From Dehalococcoidia bacterium (lineage in GTDB: Bacteria; Chloroflexota; Dehalococcoidia; Lucifugimonadales; UBA3495): a DNA stretch of 61,020 nt. Below, in pieces: positions 1 to 8,877 of this stretch. Numbering within the stretch: position 1 is the first letter of the stretch; every line of letters begins with the position of its first letter. The stretch is from positions 1 to 61,020 of the forward strand of contig SHYG01000002.1 in assembly GCA_009692925.1 (NCBI GenBank), written 5' to 3'. The position numbers and the translations under genes are program-made. The notes under the pieces were generated by a model. It had not been told where the DNA came from. It worked only from the letters and a program-made list of their open reading frames with translations, and did no database searches.

Positions 1-725
1 AGCAGGGGCACATCCTGTAAGGCGCGCTTCACTTCAAATCCGCAGGGCATCAGAATAACTGCCTCCGGCTGGCTGGCCACCACTTCCGGCCACTCCATGC
101 GAAAGGAACCAGTCTCCTTGTTGCCGAAACAGTTCACCCCGCCGGCCAGCTCCACCATCTCCGGCACCCAATGGCCGCCGCACATCAGGGGGTCTGCCCA
201 CTCCAGCACCAGCGTCCGGGGCTTCTGGGTGGCCTGGGCTGCCCGCTCCGCCACCCGGTCAATGCGCTGCTGCAACTGTGCGGCCAGTTCCTCCGCCTCC
301 GCGGCCTTGCCGGTGGCGCGGCCCAGCTTCCGCAGGTCTTCCAGCACGTCGCTCAGGTACTGAGGGTCCAGGGAAAGAACCTCCGGCTGCTTGGGAAGGG
401 CCACACTCGCCTCGGCCACCTGCCGAGTGGAGATTGCTCAAACCTCGCAGATGGCCTGGGTCAGCAGCAAGTCCGGCTCCGCCGCCTGTAGCAACTCTTG
501 GTTAATGTCGTATATTCCCAGTCCCTGTTGCAGCCGTTCGCCAATGACCTTGCTGATCTCGCCGCTGGTAGGCTGCTGGCCGTCAAACACGCTGCGCACC
601 ACTATGGGCTTGGTCCGGGCGTCGGGCGGGTAGTCGCACTCAAAAGTCACGCCATAAAGCTGGTCTTGCAGCCCCAGCGCATAGACCATCTCGGTGGCGC
701 TGGGCAAGAATGAGCAGATTCGCAT
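1..725 (-). CDS. TroA/BtuF-like (cobalamin-binding-type) substrate-binding protein, runs off window start; in-frame TGA at 440..438 (candidate selenocysteine, otherwise nonsense pseudogene)
   Basis: Starts [18 protein letters not shown] like the paralog at 52581..53504. The frame stays open for 145 codons after the TGA to the window edge. The TGA aligns with the second Cys of CEVC in the paralog. A hairpin at 411..427 lies 10 nt 3' of the TGA. Confidence 0.6.
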
Positions 726-795
726 TGGTCTCCTCCCGGAACCGTCACCGTCCGTATCAGCCTGTATCTTAGCCGCCAGGCTGGGAAGGCGCAAG

Positions 796-1620
796 CTAGA
801 ACCAGTCGCCAATAATCTTCCCCAGCCCTCCGATGCTCAGCCAGTAGTAAATTACGAAGACTCCCGCCAGAACTATCAGCACCGCGCTGGCTCGCTCCAC
901 GTAGGGCATCGCCCGCCGCAGGAGCTTGCCCGCCGCGCCCTGGAAGGCCGCGGTGCCCAGGGTCAGCGCCAGCAGGGTTGCCCCCATGCCCAGGGAGTAG
1001 CTCAGGAACTGCCACAACCCGCCGATGAAGTTGTCGGCGGTCAAAGAGCTGCCCACCACTATCAGGAAGATGGGCAAGGTGCAGCTTAACGAGGCGATGC
1101 CATACGCGATGCCAAACAGGAAATACCCCAGGAACGCCTTCACCGGCGATGAAGCTCTACTATCTCCCCGGGGCGAGATTCGTGCGGAAAGCCGGCTGGC
1201 GGCGCCGAAGTAGAGGTGCCCGCGCTCCAGCAGCATCCAGGCGCCCAGTCCCAACATCAGCCCGCCGATGGTCAGCCCGGCCCAAGGCATTACTCCCACC
1301 AGGAAGCGCCCTCCGGCGCTGATGACCGCCCCGGCGACGCCAAAGAGCAGCACAAACCCCAGCGTCACCGCCAGCGACACCAGCAGCCCCTTGACCATCC
1401 GGCCCGCCAATTTGGCGGACCGTAAGCTGGCGCCTGAAGCGGCATCCCCCGTGTCGCCAAGGAACAGCGAGATGTACGCCGGCAGCAGCGCAAAGCCGCA
1501 GGGGTTCACCGTGGCCAGCATGCCGCTGCCAAAGGCATATCCCACCGGCAGCGACTCCACCACCGTGCCGCCTAGCCCCGCCACCAGGGAGAGCACCGCT
1601 TCGATAAAATGCTCCATCAT
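796..1620 (-). CDS. CcdA/DsbD-family cytochrome c biogenesis / thiol-disulfide transmembrane electron transporter
   Basis: 274-aa polytopic membrane ORF with the two signature Cys contexts ([12 protein letters not shown] and [10 protein letters not shown]). Confidence 0.8.
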   Translation of the reverse strand: MMEHFIEAVLSLVAGLGGTVVESLPVGYAFGSGMLATVNPCGFALLPAYISLFLGDTGDAASGASLRSAKLAGRMVKGLLVSLAVTLGFVLLFGVAGAVISAGGRFLVGVMPWAGLTIGGLMLGLGAWMLLERGHLYFGAASRLSARISPRGDSRASSPVKAFLGYFLFGIAYGIASLSCTLPIFLIVVGSSLTADNFIGGLWQFLSYSLGMGATLLALTLGTAAFQGAAGKLLRRAMPYVERASAVLIVLAGVFVIYYWLSIGGLGKIIGDWF

Positions 1621-1702
1621 CAGGAGCTACGAGTTGCCGGTAGGAAGTGGTTTCATCTTGCCCGTCTTTCAGACCCGTGTATAAATCGCTCAATCGAAGC
1701 TG

Positions 1703-1753
1703 CGGAAATTCCCGCTGGCCCCCCTTTGTAAAGGGGGGTTGGGGGGATTTCCG
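1703..1753. repeat. GC-rich palindromic element, copy A (CCCCCCTTTGTAAAGGGGGG + GGGGGGATTTCCG)
   Basis: Imperfect long hairpin. Same family as copies at 6425, 7476, 19091, 31078, 36091 and 37588. Confidence 0.85.
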
Positions 1754-1841
1754 TCCCAAATCCTTCACAACCGCCTTGGATACTTATGCCAGTCTCCCTG
1801 GTCCATTATAAGCCCAGTAATCCCGGCCAGCAGCCCCGGCT

Positions 1842-1871
1842 TTGACAGTTGCGGCGATGGTCGCCTATCAT
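1842..1871 (+). promoter_or_regulatory. sigma70-like promoter candidate for queF
   Basis: TTGACA (1842..1847), 18-nt spacer, TATCAT (1866..1871), about 85 nt upstream of the queF ATG. Confidence 0.4.
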
Positions 1872-1956
1872 GGTCAAAAGCGATTCTCTCCAGTCTGGGT
1901 ATACATTGTCCACCACTGGGTGGCCAAGACTGGGGCAGGACACAGGAGGCAGGTTC

Positions 1957-2385
1957 ATGGCCACCATACCCGAGCTGAAGGAGCAGTATCAAAGCCTTGA
2001 CCGTCAGGTGCTGATCCGCAGCGAGGAAACCATTGACGCACAATGCTTGCTCGCCTTCCAGTACGACTACCCTCAACAGGAGTCCCAGGTCACCGTGGAC
2101 ACCGACGAGTTCACCGCAGTCTGTCCCTGGACCGGCCTGCCCGACTACGGCACGCTGCACATCTCCTATGTGCCGGCCCACAGCTGCATCGAGCTGAAAT
2201 CCCTCAAGTACTACCTGCTGTCCTACCGCGACGTGGGCATCGTCCAGGAGCATGCGGTCAACCGCATTCTGCAAGACATGGTGGCCCTCTGCCAGCCCCG
2301 CAGCATGAAGGTAACCCTGGACTACAAGGTCCGGGGCGGCCTCCACACCTCCGTCTCCGTGGAGCACCGGGCGCCCCAGGGCTAG
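1957..2385 (+). CDS. queF: NADPH-dependent 7-cyano-7-deazaguanine (preQ0) reductase, type I
   Basis: Motifs FTAVCPWTGLPDYG and IELKSLKYYL. ATG at 1957 is preceded by AGGAGG (1944..1949). The longer ORF from 1849 is an upstream extension. Confidence 0.9.
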   Translation: MATIPELKEQYQSLDRQVLIRSEETIDAQCLLAFQYDYPQQESQVTVDTDEFTAVCPWTGLPDYGTLHISYVPAHSCIELKSLKYYLLSYRDVGIVQEHAVNRILQDMVALCQPRSMKVTLDYKVRGGLHTSVSVEHRAPQG

Positions 2386-2431
2386 CGACGCGCTAATGCC
2401 CCCACCGGCGTCTAACACCAAGTTCACCACT

Positions 2432-2475
2432 TGGCACCATACTGGCACCATACTGGCCCTATGCTGGCATTGCGG
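2432..2475. repeat. four tandem 11-nt units (TGGCACCATAC x2, then degenerate TGGCCCTATGC, TGGCATTGCGG)
   Basis: Read directly from the sequence. Intergenic, upstream of the decayed gene at 2595. Confidence 0.7.
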
Positions 2476-2594
2476 AGCCCCGTTGCTGCCGTTACAATAA
2501 CCCAGCTTCGCCTGGCAGGCTATGGAAAAGTAGGCTTGCCTTTTCCAGGCAGGGAGGCCAAGGCGGCGGTTTGAGCTTGGGAAGTCCTGGCTGA

Positions 2595-4156
2595 TTGGAA
2601 TCTTGGGAGATGGAGGTGATGCGTTCGTCTGTGGCGCTGGCGTCGTTCTCGTACCAGCCTTCCCAGGCGGAGGCGGCCGCTGGCACCTTGCTGGCTACCG
2701 TAACTTTGCCTGGAAACACCCGCAGCGTAGGCCTGGCCTTCGATGGCACCTACGTGATGGCCCCCACAGGCGGCGCCGGCACCAGCGGCTGTGCGTCTAC
2801 GACTATTAAAATCTATACTGCGCCCCCCCCGGGAACGGCGCCGCAGCATTGGTAGCCACTAACAGGCTGCTGAAAAACCCCGATTTTGCGAAAAATGGAC
2901 GGACTCTCAGATACGAAAATTGGGACGATTTCGGGCCGTCGACCCCTTTTTCAGCACCCTGCTAAAGACCGTCAAGGACGCCCTTGGCCCCAGTGGCGTC
3001 CTGGTAACCATCGGCGCCATCGACTGGGACGTCAGTCGGGGCAAGTTATGGGCGGGGTACAACGGTAATGTCTACCTGATTGACATCGTCGGGACCGGCA
3101 TTGGTGTCGACGAAGACGTGGTGGCAACGCAGCAGTTCCTCGCCGCCGCAGGTGCGGTTCCACTGGTTGATGGTTTGGCCTGGGACTCGGGAGACGATAC
3201 GCTCTACTATATATAGCCCAGACGGGGACTGCGACGTGTACCATTACTCGCTGACCGCGGGCAACGGCGGTCTCGGCTTCCTGATGAACACCGTGACGCC
3301 CTTGAACAACGCCGTGCCTCCGGTTTCCGATTGCCACGTCATCGGTGTGGCCATCGGGTCGGCGAACAGCCTTTACATCGGGCGGGACTGGGACGCTGAA
3401 ATCCGCGGGGTGAACAAGGCCACCGGCGTCTTTGTATCCACCTTCGCCACCACCGCCGGGCGCGTGGAGGACCTGGTCTGCGACCCGGTTACCTACGCCC
3501 CCAAGGAGGCCATTCTGGCCAAGGACGCCTTTAACTCGCTTTACGAGGCCTTCGAGGTGGAGACCGGCACCTGCCCGCTTCCGCCGAAGATCGAGAAGCA
3601 CTGGACTGAGACCAACGTCTGCTTCGAGCGCGACACCGTGGAGCCGAGCGAGTGCCCCGGTGGCACCAGCCTGGGGACGCCGCTTCCCCTAGTCGGGGGG
3701 AACTACCAGGTGCAGGCGGTCACCAAGGGAGGGAAGGTGAGCTCCTACAACCCAGGGCAGATGTATGCCGTGTCGACGGTGACGGTCGCTGGGTTCACGC
3801 CTACGCTTACCATCACCGAGACCTACACCGACTGCGTTAACGACAATCCCGCGATCCTCGCCCTGAACCCAACGACAGGGGGAGGGAGGTTGGTGGTCGT
3901 CGAGGAGATAGGTGGCGTTCCGGTCCAGACGCACGACGCGAACTCTCCCGAGGTCAGCTTCTCCGGTAGCGTGGCGACCGTGACGCTGAGCAACGTCGCG
4001 GCCGGCTCCGTCATCCCCGTGTATGTGAAGTTCGGGCCTGGGTCGAAGGGACAGTTAATGAGCCTGTCCCAGACTTGCACGAACCTCAATGGAGCGTCGG
4101 ACGGCACCACCTCGGTCATCGCATCGGCGAACCTGCGGGTGGTGGACAAACCCTAA
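2595..4156 (+). pseudogene. decayed secreted beta-propeller (NHL/SMP-30-like repeats) plus C-terminal beta-rich domain protein
   Basis: Three ORF fragments (2595..2855, 2920..3216, 3080..4156) in different frames carry the same repeat style (VGLAFDGTYV, DGLAWDSGDDTLYY, VIGVAIGSANSLYIG). Lesions are a TAG at 2853..2855, a MITE at 2860..2964 and a 1-nt frame change in the TATATATA run at 3207..3214. Confidence 0.7.
2860..2964 (-). mobile_element. 105-bp MITE copy 1 (TA...TA flanked, about 20-bp terminal inverted repeats)
   Basis: Near-identical to 31201..31305 and 45573..45677 in reverse orientation. Ends are TAACAGGCTGCTGAAAAACCCC ... GGGGTCGAC-type and CTTTTTCAGCACCCTGCTA. Confidence 0.9.
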
Positions 4157-4176
4157 GCGTTTAGAAAGTCTCTGGC

Positions 4177-4223
4177 AAAAGCACCGGGGCGTCCCGATTG
4201 CATCGGGACGCCCCGGTGCTTTT
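4177..4223. terminator. bidirectional intrinsic terminator
   Basis: AAAA, then the perfect 18-bp stem GCACCGGGGCGTCCCGAT / ATCGGGACGCCCCGGTGC, then TTTT, between convergent genes. Confidence 0.8.
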
Positions 4224-4244
4224 GTCTCCCCAGGCTGGCCCGCC

Positions 4245-5216
4245 CTACTTGTTGATGTCCATCACCACTTTGATGACGTTATCCTCGTGCTGCTCATAGG
4301 TGTCGTAGGCCCGTTGCACGTCGGACAGGCCCATGCGGTGGGTTATCAGCTTGGCCGGGTCGCACCAACCCCGCTGGCGCAGGGCCACCAAATCCTTGAT
4401 CTGTGTCGTGGGGTCACCGCTGCGCGCGCCGGTGGTAGGCAGGATGGTCGGCATCTTGTCCATCAAGTTGTTGTGCTCCAGCGGCACAAACTTGTCCATC
4501 TGCACTCCGAAGACAATGACCGTGCCGAACTGGCGCACCTGGCTAAAGGCCAGATTGAAGGTGTCGGGGAAGCCGGCAGCCTCCACCGTGATGTCCGCGC
4601 CCACGCCCTTGGTAATCTCCGCCACCGCCTCCGCCAGGTCCTCGCGGTCGGGGTTAATGGGGTGCGTGGCGCCAAACTCCCTGGACTTGTCCAGGCGGTA
4701 GTCCAGCAGGTCGGCGGTGATGACGCTGCGCGCCCCCATGCGAGAGATGAGCATGGTAAAGCACAGGCCGATGCTGCCTTGGCCCAGCACCAGCACATTC
4801 TTGCCCAGCACGCTGCCCATGCGCTGGCAGGAGTACAGCACCGTGCCGGAGGGCTGACACATCACCCATTCGTCCAGCGGCCCCTCGTCCGGCAACAGAA
4901 CCATCCGTTTGGGGCTGGAGACCAGGTACTCCTGCAACCCCCCAAAGCCGTGGGCGGGGATCACGATAACCCGCTGGCCCTCCCGATAGCTGTCGGTCCG
5001 GCTGTCCACTACTATTCCGGCCACCTCGTGGCACGGCTGGCCCGGCTCCAGCGGGTAGTGCTCCTCGGACAGGATGGGGCCGTAGTGGGCGCGGATGTCG
5101 CTGCCGCACACCGAAACCCGCTCCAGCTTAATCAGACACTCCCCGTCCTTGGGCGCCGGCTGCTCCACGTCCTCAAACTCAAACCGCTTTGGCCCGACCA
5201 GTCGCGCTGCTCTCAT
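4245..5216 (-). CDS. zinc-dependent medium-chain alcohol/polyol dehydrogenase family protein
   Basis: 323 aa. N-terminal GroES-like region with VCGSDIRAHYG and a Rossmann segment VLVLGQGSIGL. Confidence 0.85.
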   Translation of the reverse strand: MRAARLVGPKRFEFEDVEQPAPKDGECLIKLERVSVCGSDIRAHYGPILSEEHYPLEPGQPCHEVAGIVVDSRTDSYREGQRVIVIPAHGFGGLQEYLVSSPKRMVLLPDEGPLDEWVMCQPSGTVLYSCQRMGSVLGKNVLVLGQGSIGLCFTMLISRMGARSVITADLLDYRLDKSREFGATHPINPDREDLAEAVAEITKGVGADITVEAAGFPDTFNLAFSQVRQFGTVIVFGVQMDKFVPLEHNNLMDKMPTILPTTGARSGDPTTQIKDLVALRQRGWCDPAKLITHRMGLSDVQRAYDTYEQHEDNVIKVVMDINK

Positions 5217-5315
5217 CTAACGTCTCAACTCCCTAGCAGAATTAGCTAGCGTATCTTAATACCAGCCTGCCCCCCAGGCAAGCTCCTAGGCGGGGCGGTT
5301 CATTCTCGCCACCCC

Positions 5316-5383
5316 GTAGGGGCGCACCTGCGTATGCGCCCCGCGGGAGAGACCATCCACCCGAGGGCAGACACTGCCCCTAC
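5316..5383. repeat. two REP-like GC hairpins (GTAGGGGCGCA...TGCGCCCC and GGGCAGACACTGCCCCTAC)
   Basis: Same GTAGGGGC...GCCCCTAC style as 16757..16777, 21518..21545 and 52014..52041. Confidence 0.7.
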
Positions 5384-5456
5384 ATTCGGTGATCATGAAA
5401 CAACCCTGCGGGATTGGCGCCCGCCCCGGACAAGTATTGTGCGAAATCCCTGGCTC

Positions 5457-6350
5457 CTAGCCCGGCCACATGATCCAACCGGTGTGGTCGGTGCGCGCCC
5501 GCAGCACGTGGCCGCCGCCGGTAGTCACGTATAGCGTCCGCATGTCCGCGTCGCCAAAGCAGCAATTGGTGGGACGGTCCACCCGCAGAGGGTGGGTCTC
5601 CAGCACCTGGCCCGTGGGCGAGAACACATAGATCATCGGCCCCGGCCCGCCCTGCTCCCATCCGGCGCATGCCACGATGTTCCCGTCCATATCCAGAGTC
5701 ATGCCGTCCACGCCCCGGTGTACGCCTCGGTGGTCAATGCCGAAGGTGTGCAGCGTGGTGTAGCTCCCCAGAGTCCCGTCGTCGTTGATGGGATAGGCCC
5801 GCAGTTGCCGCGGCTGGTCTGGCGAATAGTCGCTCTGGGCCACGTACAGCGTCCTCTGGTCTCGGGACACCAGCACCCCGTTGGGCCGGCTGACATCGTA
5901 GGTAGCCCGGCCTAGCTCCCACTGGTCCTGTCCCGTGGGGTCGTGCCGCAGCACCGACATGTGGTCCAGCTCCTGCGGTCCCCAGTTGGGGTTGTAGGGG
6001 TCGGTGAACCAGATGCGGCCCTTCTTATCCACCGCTAGGTCGTTGGGGCTGTTATGGCGCTTGCCATCCAGCCGGTGGGGCAGCGAGGTGATGGTCTTCC
6101 GGTCCTTCTCAAAGCGTACTATTCGCCGCCCGCCGCTTTGGCACCCAAACAGGTTGCCCTTGGCGTCAAAGCACAGCCCGTTGGTGTGGTTGGTTCCGGT
6201 GAAGTACTCACTGGTCTCGCCGCTCTTGGGGTTGTACTGCATTATCCGGCTGCCCGGGATGTGGGTGAACAACACCGACTCCCCGGTCCAGACCGCGCCT
6301 TCCGCGGTCCCGCCAAAAGGTCCTGCCACCAGCTCAAAGTTCCACTCCAT
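5457..6350 (-). CDS. SMP-30/gluconolactonase/LRE-family beta-propeller protein
   Basis: 297 aa with NSPNDLAVDKKGRIWFTDP, PNGVLVS and DGMTLDMDGNI repeat signatures. Confidence 0.85.
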   Translation of the reverse strand: MEWNFELVAGPFGGTAEGAVWTGESVLFTHIPGSRIMQYNPKSGETSEYFTGTNHTNGLCFDAKGNLFGCQSGGRRIVRFEKDRKTITSLPHRLDGKRHNSPNDLAVDKKGRIWFTDPYNPNWGPQELDHMSVLRHDPTGQDQWELGRATYDVSRPNGVLVSRDQRTLYVAQSDYSPDQPRQLRAYPINDDGTLGSYTTLHTFGIDHRGVHRGVDGMTLDMDGNIVACAGWEQGGPGPMIYVFSPTGQVLETHPLRVDRPTNCCFGDADMRTLYVTTGGGHVLRARTDHTGWIMWPG

Positions 6351-6424
6351 GCCGCATCCTCCTGTGTCTAGTTGGCGTCAGTATAGCCCAGGCCCGCCTA
6401 GCTGTCACCAGCCACCCCTCCCAA

Positions 6425-6473
6425 GAAACCCTTAGCCCCCCCTTTGTAAAGGGGGGGTTGGGGGGGATTTCGT
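6425..6473. repeat. GC-rich palindromic element, copy B
   Basis: GCCCCCCCCTTTGTAAAGGGGGGGTTGGGGGGGATTTCG in the divergent intergenic region. Confidence 0.85.
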
Positions 6474-6562
6474 CCCCCACGCTTGCTGGGCGAGAGTGGC
6501 TGTCATATAATCCCGCTGCGCTTACGACCAGATACTGAACCACTACTCAAGGAGGTGGCCCC

Positions 6563-7468
6563 ATGCCCGACAACCTGTCCAGCATCGTTGAATCCACCCA
6601 GGCCACCCTGTTGGCTACTGACCCCGACTGGCGCACGGAAGGCCCCCTGTGGCACCGCGGCGGCTATCTCACTTTCGTGGACCTCGGAAAGGGTCAGCTC
6701 CTGCGCTGGGGGCCCGGCGGCAAGGTAGCCACCGTGCGGACCAACACCGGCGAGGGCAACGGCTGCACCTTCGACCGCCAGGGCAACCTCCTCATGTGCG
6801 AAGGGGCGGATCACCGGCGCATCACCCGAATGCAGCCGCACGGTGTGCTCTTGACCGCGGTGGACCGCTACCAGGGCAAGCGGTTCAATAAACCCAACGA
6901 CGTGGTGTGCCGCAGCTCCGACGGCAGCATCTACTTCACCGACCCGGAGTTGCGCGTACCCAAAGCCCAGCGGGAGTTGGGCTTCTCCGGCGTGTTCCGC
7001 ATCGCTCCGGAGGGGGAGGTGCAACTGGCCACCAACGAGTGTGAGTACCCCAACGGCCTCGCCTTTTCTCCCGATGAGTCTGTGCTCTATGTGGCCATCA
7101 GCCGCCTGGATGAGCGCTGCTTCCAGGAGGAGGAGCACAAGCAGGTGTGCAACCACCGCAAAATCCGCGCCTTTGACGTGGCTGCCAACGGCGCCCTGAG
7201 CAACAACCGGGTGCTCTGCGATATGTCCTCCGCCGAATCCGGTGTCCCCGACGGAATGAAGGTGGATGCCCAGGGGCGGCTCTTCTGCACCGGCTCCGGC
7301 GGAATCTGGATTATCTCCCCCCAGGGGCAGCGCCTGGGAGTCATCAAAGTGCCGGAGGTGCCCCGCAACCTAGCCTTCGGCGGCGCGGACTTCCGCACGC
7401 TGTACATCACCGCCGGCAAGTCCCTGTACAGCCTGCCCCTCAAGTCGCCGGGCACCGCACCGTATTAA
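6563..7468 (+). CDS. SMP-30/gluconolactonase/LRE-family beta-propeller protein
   Basis: 301 aa with NKPNDVVCRSSDGSIYFTDP, PNGLAFSPDE, PDGMKVDAQGRLF and NLAFGG. Confidence 0.85.
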   Translation: MPDNLSSIVESTQATLLATDPDWRTEGPLWHRGGYLTFVDLGKGQLLRWGPGGKVATVRTNTGEGNGCTFDRQGNLLMCEGADHRRITRMQPHGVLLTAVDRYQGKRFNKPNDVVCRSSDGSIYFTDPELRVPKAQRELGFSGVFRIAPEGEVQLATNECEYPNGLAFSPDESVLYVAISRLDERCFQEEEHKQVCNHRKIRAFDVAANGALSNNRVLCDMSSAESGVPDGMKVDAQGRLFCTGSGGIWIISPQGQRLGVIKVPEVPRNLAFGGADFRTLYITAGKSLYSLPLKSPGTAPY

Positions 7469-7475
7469 CCACCCT

Positions 7476-7534
7476 GGCCCCCCTTTGCCTTGTCTTAGCG
7501 AAGCGTAAGGAAAGGGGGGTTGGGGGGATTTGCG
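7476..7534. repeat. GC-rich palindromic element, copy C (long-loop variant with CGTAAGGAAAGGGGGG)
   Basis: The same variant is seen at 36091..36163. Confidence 0.8.
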
Positions 7535-7629
7535 CCTCAGATATCCCTTCGCTGGGAGTGCTTGGGTTGACTCCCAGCGCTCAAATTGGCATAATCGCCC
7601 CACGTCCAACAGAAAGGGAGGGCCGAACC

Positions 7630-8550
7630 ATGACTACCAAACAGCGCAAGATCGTCGGCACTGGCAAATACACCTATGAGATGCACGAGGACTGGGCCAA
7701 GCTGCCCGCAGGCTGGAAGATGCCTGCCGCCGCCGTCTTTGGGGACACTGAAGACCGAGTCTACTGCTTCAACCGCGACCCAGACCATCCAATCTGCATC
7801 TTTGACCGGGAAGGCAACTACATCTCCTCCTGGGGCAAGGGCACCTTCGCGTTCCCTCACGCCATCATCCTGGACCAACATCAGAATGTCTGGCTGGTGG
7901 AGCGAAACAACGGCCAGATCATGAAATTCACCAAGGGCGGCCGGCGGCTCATGACCATCGGCGTAAAGGGCCATCGCTCCGCAACTGGCGCCGATAACAC
8001 CGACTTCGGCTCCAACGGCTGGAAACTGGTCACCCGCGCCGGCGAACCCTTCAACCTGCCCGCGGGCATCGCCCTCAACGACGCCGGCGAGATCTTCATC
8101 GCCGACGGCTACGCCAACGCCCGGGTGCATAAGTTCTCCGCCGACGGCAAGCTCCTCATGTCCTGGGGCGGGCCCGGCAACGGCAATGGTCAGTTCAATC
8201 TGCCCCACGGATGCTGGATTGACCGCCGTGGCCGCCTGCTCATCTGCGACCGCGAGAACGACCGGGTGCAGGCCTTCAGCCAGGATGGCAAACACCTGGC
8301 CACCTGGCCCAGCAAGCTCATCGGGCCGGCGGTGATGTGCGTGGACAACGAGGACACCGTCTACGTTGCGGAGCACAATGGCGGCTTGATTAGCATCCTT
8401 GACCTGGATGGCAAGCGTCTGGCCCAGTGGGGCGGCATGGAGAAGCGCTCTTGCCACGGCATCTGGGTGGACTCCCACAAGGACCTCTACGTGGTACAGC
8501 CCTTCGAGGGTGGCCAGGGCCGCACCGTGGTCAAGTTTGTCCGCAAATAG
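7630..8550 (+). CDS. NHL-repeat six-bladed beta-propeller protein (peptidyl-alpha-hydroxyglycine lyase-like)
   Basis: Repeated FNLPxG...DxxGxxxxxDxxNxRVxxF units. ATG at 7630 follows AGGGAGGG. The ORF track start at 7558 is an upstream extension. Confidence 0.8.
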   Translation: MTTKQRKIVGTGKYTYEMHEDWAKLPAGWKMPAAAVFGDTEDRVYCFNRDPDHPICIFDREGNYISSWGKGTFAFPHAIILDQHQNVWLVERNNGQIMKFTKGGRRLMTIGVKGHRSATGADNTDFGSNGWKLVTRAGEPFNLPAGIALNDAGEIFIADGYANARVHKFSADGKLLMSWGGPGNGNGQFNLPHGCWIDRRGRLLICDRENDRVQAFSQDGKHLATWPSKLIGPAVMCVDNEDTVYVAEHNGGLISILDLDGKRLAQWGGMEKRSCHGIWVDSHKDLYVVQPFEGGQGRTVVKFVRK

Positions 8551-8553
8551 CCG

Positions 8554-8582
8554 TTGCAGCAACAAGGCGGGTTTGCTATAGT
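8554..8582 (+). promoter_or_regulatory. sigma70-like promoter for tRNA-Ala
   Basis: TTGCAG, 17-nt spacer, TGCTATAGT (extended -10) ending 30 nt before the tRNA. Confidence 0.5.
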
Positions 8583-8611
8583 GTTCGGGTGCCTTTTTGG
8601 CACCCCACCAT

Positions 8612-8687
8612 GGGGCTGTAGCTCAACTGGGAGAGCGCTTCAATGGCATTGAAGAGGTAGCGGGTTCGAGTCCCGCCAGCTCCACCA
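8612..8687 (+). tRNA. tRNA-Ala (anticodon GGC), CCA encoded
   Basis: Cloverleaf folded by hand: acceptor GGGGCTG/CAGCTCC with the G3:U70 Ala identity pair, anticodon loop ATGGCAT, T-loop TTCGAGT. Confidence 0.95.
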
Positions 8688-8877
8688 CCCCAGGCCCCCT
8701 CCACGTCTGCCAACTCAACCAGGTCCAAGTCTCGATGGGGGTGGGAGCAGGCACCCCGTCCGAGAGTTGGTTCGGTCACCACAGGAGGCCAACACACCAG
8801 TTGGCTGCCAGAACTTCGACGAGCCCAGATGGATAGGCCCGCCGGTAGGATAAGCTGGCTGGAAGGACAGAACCGTT

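Noticed and set aside
1872-1956. Possible preQ1 riboswitch in the queF 5' leader.
   Set aside because: I looked for the compact preQ1-I hairpin with an A-rich tail and for preQ1-II-like features and found only an unrelated short hairpin (CCACC-ACTG-GGTGG). There is no support from sequence.
1765-2451. 228-aa minus-strand ORF overlapping queF. Similar long antisense or overlapping ORFs occur at 7537..8565, 20111..20947, 20661..21503, 21403..22383, 23139..24473, 27918..29315, 35851..36924, 43349..45007, 47796..49037 and 50392..51381.
   Set aside because: These are shadow ORFs typical of high-GC DNA. They are Arg/Gly/His/Pro/Ala-rich with no recognisable motifs, and each lies opposite or out of frame to a gene with unambiguous conserved motifs.
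2853-2855. In-frame TAG codons (here and at 45293..45295) as possible pyrrolysine or recoding sites.
   Set aside because: TAG is used as a normal stop for well-defined genes in the window (for example leuS, nuoJ and cbiG). Both affected genes carry additional independent lesions (MITE insertion, frameshift). There is no Pyl context.
2886-3068. ORFs beginning MRKMDGLS(D/G)TKIGTISGRRPLFQH (also 45169..45651 minus).
   Set aside because: The shared peptide is simply the translation of the 105-bp MITE, not a conserved protein family.
8688-8877. Possible integration scar or ncRNA downstream of tRNA-Ala.
   Set aside because: There are only short, weak hairpins (GCCAAC...GTTGGC). There is no repeat of the tRNA 3' end and no mobile genes, so the evidence is insufficient.
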